A stretch of DNA of 27,364 nt from a virus. Position numbers and translations under genes: made by a program. How positions within the stretch are numbered: position 1 is the first letter of the stretch; each line of letters starts with the position of its first letter. Location: the IMG/VR virus record IMGVR_UViG_2529292733_000001; one strand, written 5' to 3'. Under the pieces are notes generated by a model, which was given only the letters and a program-made list of their open reading frames with translations, was not told where the DNA came from and did not search any database. This document shows, one piece after another, positions 7,149 to 15,469 of this stretch.

Positions 7149-7159
7149 TCTAACCCACT

Positions 7160-7342
7160 ATGAAACAGAAACAGTTCGACCGACTCGTACAGCTCGTGAT
7201 CGCGCTCGTCGTGCTCGTCGGCCTCGGTTGGCTTGTCGCACGCGGCGACATCGCCGGTGAGTCCGCACTGACGTTCGTGGGGATCATCCTTGCCGCATTC
7301 GGCTTCGAGGCCGGGCGGCGGGTGCAGTATCGCCGCGAGTGA
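7160..7342 (+). CDS. 2-TM membrane protein with basic termini, holin-like candidate (60 aa)
   Basis: LVIALVVLVGLGWLVA and ALTFVGIILAAFGF; C-terminus GRRVQYRRE. Confidence 0.75.
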   Translation: MKQKQFDRLVQLVIALVVLVGLGWLVARGDIAGESALTFVGIILAAFGFEAGRRVQYRRE

Positions 7343-7458
7343 CCGGACCGATCGACACCTGCGAGCGCTGTCATCGAAACTATCTCGTCGCCTATCTCAA
7401 CGACGACGGGATCTGCTGGCGGTGTGCGGACGAACTCCGCAGCCGCGATCGCGACTAA
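7339..7458 (+). CDS. 39-aa CxxC-x14-CxxC Zn-finger microprotein (not in ORF track)
   Basis: GTGA overlap at 7339-7342. Translation MTGPIDTCERCHRNYLVAYLNDDGICWRCADELRSRDRD, TAA at 7456-7458. Confidence 0.7.
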   Translation: MTGPIDTCERCHRNYLVAYLNDDGICWRCADELRSRDRD

Positions 7459-7527
7459 CCACGTGGCCCGCTCGGCCAGGCCGACGCTTCCGGGTTCGAC
7501 GCTCCGGGGCGGGCACTGAACCACGAC

Positions 7528-8049
7528 ATGACAGACGAAGACTTCGACATCTGCGGGAGCACCAACACCTCGACTGGTGAGCCCTGCCAGCGCCCCGCAG
7601 GCTGGGGGACCGACCGCGACTACGGACCATGCACCCAGCATCCGCGCGAAGGTCGCCCCTCGAAGTTTACAGACAGCCGCAAGGACCAGGCGATCCAGCG
7701 AGCCCGGATAGGGGCCACACTCGAGGGCTGTGCTCGGGCCGCCGGGATCTCCTATCGCACCCTTCGAAACTGGCTCGATCGAGGTGAGGAAAGTGGCGAA
7801 GATGGCGACCCGTACTTTCAGTTTTTTCAGGCGTTCAATCGCGCGCGCGGTAGTGGCGAGGGGGACCTCCTGGAGCGCGTCAAAGAACAGAAACCCGAGT
7901 TCATCCTGGAGCGCTCGTACGACTACACCAAGACCGAGGAACACGACGTCAACCTCGACGGTGACCTCGAGCACTCCTTCGACGCTACCGAAGGTGTGAC
8001 GGCTGAGTTCGTGACCTTCGAGAACGAGGACGAAGACGACGATGAGTAG
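7528..8049 (+). CDS. terS: Terminase small subunit
   Basis: Directly upstream of and overlapping TerL. N-terminal C..C..C..H motif, then GRPSKF and an HTH (TLEGCARAAGISYRTLRNW). Confidence 0.85.
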   Translation: MTDEDFDICGSTNTSTGEPCQRPAGWGTDRDYGPCTQHPREGRPSKFTDSRKDQAIQRARIGATLEGCARAAGISYRTLRNWLDRGEESGEDGDPYFQFFQAFNRARGSGEGDLLERVKEQKPEFILERSYDYTKTEEHDVNLDGDLEHSFDATEGVTAEFVTFENEDEDDDE

Positions 8050-9409
8050 CGCACCGGCCCCCTCCCGTGAACCACTCCTCCCGAAACCTCGCTTCTCGAT
8101 CTACGACAAACAGCAGGAAGTACTCGAATCGGACGCACGCCATCGGGTTCTCCGGTGGGGCCGACGAGCCGGTAAGAACATCGTCGCCGTCATCGACCTC
8201 GAGGAGCGTGGTCGTCACCCCTGGACCTACGAGTGGGGTTCCGACGATCCGGCGAATACGGTCATCTGGTGGGTCGGGCCGTCGTACAATCAGGCGAAGA
8301 AATACGGCTTCCAGCCCCTCAAATCGGCGCTCCCCGATAGCTGGATCGAGCGCGTCTCGAATACCGAACCGTTCGAAATCAAACTCACGAACGGCGTTCT
8401 CTACGAGTTCCGAACGTTCGACTACCCTGACACGCTTCAGGGTGCGGGCGTCGACCACATCGTCATCGACGAGGGCGACTACATGCCTGACTCGCTGTGG
8501 TACAACGACCTCGACCCGATGCTGATGGACTCGATGGGCTCGATGATGGCGATCTCGAAGCCTATCCGACCCCGATCGTGGTTCAACACCTTCTACGAAT
8601 ACGGCCAGTCCGCCGACTACCCGGACTACTTCTCCTCGCACGCCACGAGCTCCGATAACCCGTTCATCGCCGAGAACCCCGAGGACAAGCGCGGTACGGT
8701 CCCCAACCACGTCTTCCGGCGTGAGTATCTGGCGCAGCTTCCGGACGACGGCGGCCAGGTGTTCAAGAAACTCGGCGACCGGCTGTTCACAGAGAGCTAT
8801 CCGCTCAAGGGTGAGGTCGTCGAGGGGATCGGTGAGGTCTCGCGACCGGCTGCCGACTGCACCCCGCCGTTCTCGGTTGGCGTCGACTTCGCTCGCCATC
8901 GCGACTACCGCGTGACCACCGCTCTCGATGCCGAGGGCTACGTGGTCTACTTCTCTCGCGACCAGAACGAGGGCTGGGACACCATCCAATCGGACATCGA
9001 GGCCGTCCACGCCAGCTATCCAGGGATCGTCGTCCCGGACGCCTCGCGGGACAACAAGATCATCCCCGACCTCGCGATGGAGGGCGTCACGCTGGAGCCG
9101 ACGTCGTTCTCGCCGAAGACGAAGAAAGAGCTCATCGAGAACCTGATCACGCTGATCGAGACCGGCGAGATCACGGCCTCAAGCACGTCGGCGCTCGACC
9201 AGCTCCGCCTTGAACTCCGTCGGATGGAAAAAGAGGTCACGAACAACAGCTACACGCGGTACAACGCGCCGGACAACGGGCACGACGACTGTGTCGACTC
9301 GCTCGCACTGGCGGCGTCGAAGCTCGACGACATCCAACTCGCCGCCCGGCGTGGGTGGAACGAACCCGACGCCGCTGAGGACGACGATGGAGGAATCAGC
9401 TATGCCTAA
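8042..9409 (+). CDS. terL: Terminase large subunit
   Basis: Walker A GRRAGKN, Walker B IVIDEG, nuclease motifs GVDFAR and HDDCVDSLALA. Confidence 0.97.
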   Translation: MSSAPAPSREPLLPKPRFSIYDKQQEVLESDARHRVLRWGRRAGKNIVAVIDLEERGRHPWTYEWGSDDPANTVIWWVGPSYNQAKKYGFQPLKSALPDSWIERVSNTEPFEIKLTNGVLYEFRTFDYPDTLQGAGVDHIVIDEGDYMPDSLWYNDLDPMLMDSMGSMMAISKPIRPRSWFNTFYEYGQSADYPDYFSSHATSSDNPFIAENPEDKRGTVPNHVFRREYLAQLPDDGGQVFKKLGDRLFTESYPLKGEVVEGIGEVSRPAADCTPPFSVGVDFARHRDYRVTTALDAEGYVVYFSRDQNEGWDTIQSDIEAVHASYPGIVVPDASRDNKIIPDLAMEGVTLEPTSFSPKTKKELIENLITLIETGEITASSTSALDQLRLELRRMEKEVTNNSYTRYNAPDNGHDDCVDSLALAASKLDDIQLAARRGWNEPDAAEDDDGGISYA

Positions 9410-9518
9410 AGATACTGACAACGACGACGAGGAGAGCCGCGAAAAGTACGGTATTCAGGGCGGCAAGGAGTTTGTCGACGAGCTCAACGACGACCAGGAG
9501 GACGACGACGATGAGTAG
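9402..9518 (+). CDS. 38-aa highly acidic microprotein between TerL and portal
   Basis: ATG 9402 overlaps the TerL stop and its TAG overlaps the portal ATG 9511. MPKDTDNDDEESREKYGIQGGKEFVDELNDDQEDDDDE. Confidence 0.6.
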   Translation: MPKDTDNDDEESREKYGIQGGKEFVDELNDDQEDDDDE

Positions 9519-11091
9519 CAGCGACTCGGGCTCACAGTTCGACATGGTCGTCAAGACCGAGCTCGGGAACTCCGCCGCGCTCGAAAAGGCCGAGACGTCG
9601 ACCCAACTCGACGAACGTAACGTCGGCGTCCAGATCGGGGGCGGTATCGATCCGCCGTACGACCCCAGCGTGCTCGCCGCGTTCTCGGAGATCAACGGCA
9701 CCCATGCCCGTGCCGTCGCGATCAAGGCGAAGTGGGAGGTCGGGTTCGGCTTTAACATCGTCCCGCACCCCCGCGCTGACGACCCTGATCCCGATGGTGA
9801 CCAGCGAAAGCGCGTCGATGACTTCTGGCACGGCCGCGATTCGACCTGGAAGATTGGACCAGAAGGCACTGCCGCCGCGACGCCTGACGAGGTCCTCGCG
9901 ATGGGGCGGCGTGACTTCCACTCTCCGGGCTGGGGCTCGATCGAGATCCTCGCTAACGGAGCCGGTGAACTCACTGGCCTCGCTCACGTCCCATCAACCA
10001 CAACTCGGGTTCGGAAGTCAACCTCCAACGACGGAAAGGAGACGGTCGCCGGGACGGGGTACGTCCAGGTCCGCGGTCGGAACAAACGCTACTTCGGCGA
10101 GGCGGGTGCTCGCCATGCTGATAGTGAGGGGGGCGACGGACCGACGTTCGTCGACGCCGATACCGGGAAGACGTACAACCGGGGGTCGAGCGTTCCCAAC
10201 GACGTCGCGAACGAACTCCTGTTCTTCGTCAACCCCTCGCCGCTCTCGCTCTACTACGGGATCCCTGAGTGGGTGGCCGAGATGCAGACGATGGTCGCCG
10301 AGCAGGCGGCGAAGGAGTACAACCGCGACATCTTCGAGCACAAGGCGATCCCCTACCTCGCGGTGATCGTCAAGAACGGCAAACTCTCCGAAAAGTCTCG
10401 GAGCGAACTTCGCTCGGTCATCCACGGTTTGAAAGGCGAGAGCCACCGAACGGTGATCCTCGAACCCAAGAAGATCCTCGATGCCGCCGAGAACCCATTG
10501 CAAAACAAGGACGGCAGCGAGCCGGAGATCGAACTCCAGCCGCTCGGCCTCACCGAGAACGAGGACATGGCGTTCACCGAGTTCCGCGAGTTCAACGAGC
10601 ACGACATCGCGAAGGTCCACGGCGTGCCGCCCCAGCTCATCAACCGACTCGGCGACTCCAATCGGGCGAACATCAAGGAGTCCATCCGGACGTTCGCGAA
10701 TCAGGAGGTCGCCCCTGAGCAGTCACGGTTCGCCGAGCGCCTCTACCGCGTACTCCACGTCGACTACCTCGACGCTCCCGACTGGACGATCGAGTTCGAG
10801 CTCCGCGGTGCCGACACTCGACAGCAGGACGCCGAGATCGCGGCGACGAAGCTCAAGAACGCAAAGGAGATCGTGAAGGTCAACGAGGGCCGCGAGATGC
10901 TTGGCCTCGACCCGCTTGAGGATCCGATGGGTGAGTGGATGATCGCCGAAGTCGGCGGCATGGGGACCGGCGGCTCGGTCGATCAGGCCATCCAGGACCG
11001 CATCGACGAGGGCATGGGTGACACTGAGTCAACGCTCTCGGATAGGTTCGAGCGCCAGTACCTCATGAACCAGGGCGCGAACGCCGACTGA
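9511..11091 (+). CDS. Portal protein (PBSX-like), 526 aa
   Basis: Position after TerL. Motifs SLYYGIPEW, FREFNEHDIAKVHGVPPQLI, ..NEGREMLGLDP. Confidence 0.93.
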   Translation: MSSSDSGSQFDMVVKTELGNSAALEKAETSTQLDERNVGVQIGGGIDPPYDPSVLAAFSEINGTHARAVAIKAKWEVGFGFNIVPHPRADDPDPDGDQRKRVDDFWHGRDSTWKIGPEGTAAATPDEVLAMGRRDFHSPGWGSIEILANGAGELTGLAHVPSTTTRVRKSTSNDGKETVAGTGYVQVRGRNKRYFGEAGARHADSEGGDGPTFVDADTGKTYNRGSSVPNDVANELLFFVNPSPLSLYYGIPEWVAEMQTMVAEQAAKEYNRDIFEHKAIPYLAVIVKNGKLSEKSRSELRSVIHGLKGESHRTVILEPKKILDAAENPLQNKDGSEPEIELQPLGLTENEDMAFTEFREFNEHDIAKVHGVPPQLINRLGDSNRANIKESIRTFANQEVAPEQSRFAERLYRVLHVDYLDAPDWTIEFELRGADTRQQDAEIAATKLKNAKEIVKVNEGREMLGLDPLEDPMGEWMIAEVGGMGTGGSVDQAIQDRIDEGMGDTESTLSDRFERQYLMNQGANAD

Positions 11092-11921
11092 TGAGCGCCA
11101 GTCCCACCCGGCGTACGCTCGCGAAAGAGGCCGCGGGCTTCCCGCCGGAAGTCGAGCGTGCGCTCCGTGGGTTCTTCGACGACTACACCGACGCGCTCGA
11201 TCCCATCCAGGGCGACCTCGTCGACGCTCTCGAGGACGGCGACATTGACCCGACCACGATGCGCTCGCTCGACGTCGAGGTCCGCTCAGTGTTCGGCCAG
11301 TACACCAACGACATCGAGGTCGTCTACACCAACGGCACCGAGAACGGAGCACACGCCGGGCGGCAGGCGGCCGCGCGGCGCTACCCGATCGACGTCTCGT
11401 TCGATGTGGTTCCGCAGAACGTCCTCGATGAGTTCTCGACTTGGTCGTCGGAGATGACCGACCAGGTGATGGAGACGATGACCTCTGATGTGACGAACCT
11501 CGTCCGCGGCGCGCACAAAGAGGGGCTGACGATCGACGAGATCACCGAGCAGGTCGACGACGTCTTCGAGAACGACCTGAAGGACTGGCAAGCCGAACGA
11601 ACCGCGCGGACGGCGACCATCTCCTCGAGCAACGCCGGCCAGCACTCGGCCTATCAGGACGCCAGTTCGGTTGTCGGCACCGAGTGGGTGGCGACCGGCG
11701 ACGGCCGGACACGCGCCGCACACTCGGCCGCAAATGGGCAGGTCGTCGGCACTGGCGGGACGTTCATCGTCGGTGGTGAAAACCTCCGCTACCCTGGCGA
11801 CCCGTCCGGGAGCGCGGGGAACGTCATCCACTGTCGGTGTACGACGATTCCATGCTTCACCGACGCGTTCAACCAGTCGGAGCTGGCGACGCTCCAGGCG
11901 GGCGGCCGTATTGCTGCATGA
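11091..11921 (+). CDS. Head morphogenesis / minor capsid protein (SPP1 gp7 / Mu F family)
   Basis: AERTARTAT, EWVATGDGRTRAAH, LRYPGDP, HCRC motifs. TGATG overlap with the portal gene. Confidence 0.92.
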   Translation: MSASPTRRTLAKEAAGFPPEVERALRGFFDDYTDALDPIQGDLVDALEDGDIDPTTMRSLDVEVRSVFGQYTNDIEVVYTNGTENGAHAGRQAAARRYPIDVSFDVVPQNVLDEFSTWSSEMTDQVMETMTSDVTNLVRGAHKEGLTIDEITEQVDDVFENDLKDWQAERTARTATISSSNAGQHSAYQDASSVVGTEWVATGDGRTRAAHSAANGQVVGTGGTFIVGGENLRYPGDPSGSAGNVIHCRCTTIPCFTDAFNQSELATLQAGGRIAA

Positions 11922-11960
11922 TGCTCAGGCTAAATTCTCTTTGAAAATAGGCAATCGGTG

Positions 11961-11972
11961 GGAAACTTTTCC
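11961..11972 (+). promoter_or_regulatory. Putative BRE/TATA-like element (GGAAACTTTTCC) for the moron gene
   Basis: AT-rich intergenic segment. The TTTT run lies about 27-30 nt before ATG 11997. Confidence 0.35.
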
Positions 11973-11996
11973 ATGTAAGAGGTGGCAGTCCGTATC

Positions 11997-12428
11997 ATGG
12001 CGTTCACAATCCAGGAATTCGTCGTCGGCACAGGCGGGCTTCTATCTCGCATAGAGCTTTTCGCTGGAGGGTTGTACGTCTCATTGCTGATGTTTCACTT
12101 TTTCGTGATTCTTCTAATGAGCGCGAGAGCAGGAGAAGTCGCTCTCCCTCAGTCAACCGAGATAGTGTATCTCCCCATTATCGCAGTAACATTCATCCTC
12201 TCTTGCTGGCTGGGCTTCTCGACTGGCGGATTACTTGCCGCATTAGGTGTAGGAGTGGCTCCAGTTCTTGAGCTGATGACTATCGGGTTGCTGCTGAATG
12301 CAGCGGACCTTAACGACCCAGACATTGCTCTCTGGTACCTTGCACTCACATTCCTCGCTGGTGGACTCCTGATAGCGCTTATCGGATTTGTGGTTGGAAC
12401 TGGCATCCAAATTCTTGGAACTCTCTGA
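11997..12428 (+). CDS. About 4-TM membrane protein, moron inserted in the head module (143 aa)
   Basis: Lower GC and different codon usage than its neighbours. Almost wholly hydrophobic, with its own AT-rich upstream region. Confidence 0.8.
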   Translation: MAFTIQEFVVGTGGLLSRIELFAGGLYVSLLMFHFFVILLMSARAGEVALPQSTEIVYLPIIAVTFILSCWLGFSTGGLLAALGVGVAPVLELMTIGLLLNAADLNDPDIALWYLALTFLAGGLLIALIGFVVGTGIQILGTL

Positions 12429-12508
12429 ATTTCTGGCAGTATTGATTCGATCTGCGGAGTGCCCGCACTCATTCGGCCAGTAGAACCGTTCCCGATGACC
12501 ACATGCCC

Positions 12509-12547
12509 GCCGGGGGCCGCTGTGCGAGGCACTGTCCCCGGCGTTTT
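12509..12547 (+). terminator. GC-rich hairpin followed by GTTTT, possible terminator or structured leader
   Basis: GCCGGGG (12509-15) pairs with CCCCGGC (12536-42), with inner stem GTGC-GAG-GCAC. TTTT at 12544-47. Confidence 0.35.
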
Positions 12548-12561
12548 GCTCCCATGAGCCC

Positions 12562-13974
12562 ATGAACCACAGCACACCGAGACACTTCTCGAAGACGGTC
12601 GCGATCAAGGCGACCGACGACGAGGAGCGCACCGCTACGGGGGTCGTGCTCACCACGAACGAGCTCGATCGCCAGCTGGATTTCCTCGACGCCGATGGCG
12701 TCCGGTCGATGTTCAACCCCTCGCCTGATGATGGGGTGATGCACACGAAGTTCCCGGACGGCCACGCCGAGCTCACCCGCAACGAGGTGCTCGACGAGAA
12801 CGAGGATATCGACGGCCACGCGTTCAAGGCCGACGACTGGGTGATCCAGCGCCACTACACGGACGACGAGCGCTGGGAACTCGTGAAATCGGGTGTGCTG
12901 TCGGCCTACTCGATCGGCGGTGACGTCACCGACGCCGAAGAGTACGACGACGTCGACGACCTCCCCGACGAGGTGGAGATTCCCGACGTTGTGGTGCCGG
13001 AGTCGGTGCCGGATGACTACTGGCCGATCTCGAAGATCACCAACGGTTCGGTGAGCGAGATCTCCGACGTCGACATCGGCGCGGTGCCGTCGGCTTCGCA
13101 TGCTGTCGTGAAGTCCATCGGGAAGAACGTCCTCGACCAGACGGACGGCCGCGACGAGTTTCTGGCGCTCATGGAGCAGCGCGGCGCGACGGAGGACGGT
13201 GCCAATGACCTCTACGACTACTTGGAGGGCATCGACAAGGACTACGACATGAGCAAATCAGCACCAGACGACGCGACGATCGGCCGCCGAGTCAAACGGA
13301 TGATCGGCTTCGGTGGCGACGACCCATCCTTCGAGAAGCTCGCGAAGGACCTGACCGACGAACAGGGCCAGCTCGTCCAGCAGGCCATTGACGAGTTCGT
13401 CGAGGCTCAGGGCGAGAGCGACGTCGGTACGTTGCGAGACTGGATGTGGAACAAGGGCGACGACCTCGATCCCGACGTACGGACGGCCCTCGAGGCGGCG
13501 CTCGACGAGTTCTACGACGACCAGTATCCCAACAATCAGCAGGTCAATAGCGACTTCGCCGAGTGGGTCAGCAGCGAGACGGACATCGAACTCACGATCG
13601 ACATGACAGACGACGACAACCCTGGGGGCGACGACAAGTCGCTCCCCGAACAGAACGCGGCACAGCTCGAAGAAACGAACCAGAAGCTCGACGACGTCCT
13701 CGAGGCCATCGGCAAAGCCGGCGACGGTGACGGCGATGGGGACGGCGACGGCGGCGGGGACGGTGGCGACGACAAGTCGCTCCCCGAGAAGAACGCCGAG
13801 CAGATCGAGGACATGACCGAGAAGGTCGGCGAAGTCTCGAAACGCGTCGAGCAGGTCGTCGAGCAGGGCGGCGGCGGTGGCGGCGGTAGCCAGCAGCTCG
13901 GCGAGACGAACGAGAACGAGACCACCTCGGAGAAGGCGGACATCCTCGACATCGAACAGGAGATCTTCGGATAA
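12562..13974 (+). CDS. Prohead protease (XkdF-like) fused to acidic scaffold region (470 aa)
   Basis: EERTATGVVL..NELDRQ, MH, W..VKSGVLSAYSIGG. Long acidic coiled-coil C-half directly before the capsid gene. Confidence 0.85.
   Translation: MNHSTPRHFSKTVAIKATDDEERTATGVVLTTNELDRQLDFLDADGVRSMFNPSPDDGVMHTKFPDGHAELTRNEVLDENEDIDGHAFKADDWVIQRHYTDDERWELVKSGVLSAYSIGGDVTDAEEYDDVDDLPDEVEIPDVVVPESVPDDYWPISKITNGSVSEISDVDIGAVPSASHAVVKSIGKNVLDQTDGRDEFLALMEQRGATEDGANDLYDYLEGIDKDYDMSKSAPDDATIGRRVKRMIGFGGDDPSFEKLAKDLTDEQGQLVQQAIDEFVEAQGESDVGTLRDWMWNKGDDLDPDVRTALEAALDEFYDDQYPNNQQVNSDFAEWVSSETDIELTIDMTDDDNPGGDDKSLPEQNAAQLEETNQKLDDVLEAIGKAGDGDGDGDGDGGGDGGDDKSLPEKNAEQIEDMTEKVGEVSKRVEQVVEQGGGGGGGSQQLGETNENETTSEKADILDIEQEIFG
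13627..13787 (+). repeat. 23-bp exact direct repeat GGCGACGACAAGTCGCTCCCCGA (13627-13649, 13765-13787)
   Basis: Read directly. Encodes the duplicated GDDKSLPE.NA.Q.E helix. Confidence 0.85.
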
Positions 13975-15077
13975 TGAGCCAGACTCAGCGACAGCCCCAG
14001 CAGGACAACATCGGGTTCCAGAAGACCGTGCGACCCGACGGCCAGCCGGTCGTCAAGACGGCCACCGGCCAGGAACTCAGCAAGGAACAGGCGATCGCCG
14101 CTGTTCGCCAGAAGAACAGCGAGATCATCAAGCAGATCACCACCGGCGACTTCGAAAACGGTGGTCGGCTGAACCGCCAGCAGTTCGCTCGCTTCTACCA
14201 GGAGGTCATCGCGAACTCGAACATCCTGAACATGGTGCGCGTCGAGCCGGTCGACGGGCCCGACTCCGAGATCGACCGTATCGGTGTGGGCGAGCACCTG
14301 CTCCGCCCGGTTGGCGAGAACGAGCGTGTCATCGACCACTCAGTGAACACCGGGAAGGTCGACATCGACGTCTACAAGGCTGGCTTCGGCTGGGACCTCT
14401 CTCAGGAGGTCGTCGAGGACTCGATCGAGTACGAGAACACCGCGCAGATCATCCTCTCGATGTTCACCGACCAGTTCGCGTTCGACGTTGCGACGCTGGG
14501 CTTCCAGGGCGACGAGGATGCGACGGTCTCCGACGGCAGCGGCGGCACCATGCCCGACCCGTTCTACTCGCAGGTCGACGGCTGGGTAGCCAACGCGACG
14601 GACGACGGCGCGGACGTGAAGGGCTACAACGATGCCGTCACGCTCAACGAGGGCGTGATGTTCAACCTCACGCTCCAGATGCCCGACAAGTTCATCGACG
14701 CGACCTCGCCAGCGATCATGGCGCACCCGAAGCAGGTCGTCGCCTATCGGCGTTCGCTTTCAGACCGGAACACGTCGCTCGGTGACGAGATGCTCACTTC
14801 GGGCCGGATCCCGACGCCGACCGGCTACCCGCTCGTCCCGACCAACGCGATCGGGACGGACACCGTGATGTTCACCGACACGTCGAACCTCATCTACGCG
14901 CCACACCGCGATATGAACGTCAAGGTGACGACGGACTCGGAGAAGGTCGTCAAGAACGATCTCTTCGCACAGTACGGCGTGTTCGCCCGCCTCGACTACG
15001 CGGTCGAGCAGGGCAACGCGGTCGCGATCGCCGAAGAGCTCGCGGAACCAGAGCCGGTCGACCCGGCGGAGATGTGA
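13974..15077 (+). CDS. Major capsid protein (HK97 fold, PBSX XkdG-like), 367 aa
   Basis: TAATG overlap with the protease gene. GGRLNRQQFARF, EIDRIGVG.HLL, IYAPHRDMNV, size and position. Confidence 0.9.
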   Translation: MSQTQRQPQQDNIGFQKTVRPDGQPVVKTATGQELSKEQAIAAVRQKNSEIIKQITTGDFENGGRLNRQQFARFYQEVIANSNILNMVRVEPVDGPDSEIDRIGVGEHLLRPVGENERVIDHSVNTGKVDIDVYKAGFGWDLSQEVVEDSIEYENTAQIILSMFTDQFAFDVATLGFQGDEDATVSDGSGGTMPDPFYSQVDGWVANATDDGADVKGYNDAVTLNEGVMFNLTLQMPDKFIDATSPAIMAHPKQVVAYRRSLSDRNTSLGDEMLTSGRIPTPTGYPLVPTNAIGTDTVMFTDTSNLIYAPHRDMNVKVTTDSEKVVKNDLFAQYGVFARLDYAVEQGNAVAIAEELAEPEPVDPAEM

Positions 15078-15088
15078 GGTGAGCTGAT

Positions 15089-15469
15089 ATGAAACTCCAA
15101 CACAAACCCAACGACTCGCCGAGTACGTACGACGGCCACGGTGTTCGAACCACGCCCGGCGAGACTGTCGACACCGAAGAGATCGACAGTGACCAGGACG
15201 CCGACGAGATCGGCGAGACGCTCCTCGAGACGGGCTACTTCCAGCGTGCCGACGAGGGCACGGACGCCAACACCGTCGACGATGGTGCTCCTGACGAGGT
15301 CGAGCCACCGTTCGACCCAACTGGGATGACGGTCGCCGAGATCCGCGAACGTCTCACCGACGAGGACTACACCGACGCCCAGCTGGTGGCGATGGCCGAC
15401 GTCGAACGCGAGGACGGCGACGACCGTGATGGCGCGATCGACCTGCTCTCGGCGTCGCCGGAGAAATGA
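15089..15469 (+). CDS. Acidic head-associated protein with C-terminal HeH/LEM-like helical motif (126 aa)
   Basis: Position after the capsid gene. FDPTGMTVAEIRERL...L.AM..VE....DRDGAIDLL. Confidence 0.6.
   Translation: MKLQHKPNDSPSTYDGHGVRTTPGETVDTEEIDSDQDADEIGETLLETGYFQRADEGTDANTVDDGAPDEVEPPFDPTGMTVAEIRERLTDEDYTDAQLVAMADVEREDGDDRDGAIDLLSASPEK

Noticed and set aside
7463-7516. tRNA gene suggested by GGTTCGA
   Set aside because: Only about 54 nt, with no D-arm, no 7-nt anticodon loop and no CCA or discriminator context. Kept only as a tRNA-like fold.
8042-9409. Intein or homing endonuclease in TerL or portal
   Set aside because: Lengths are normal and there are no intein splice or LAGLIDADG motifs.
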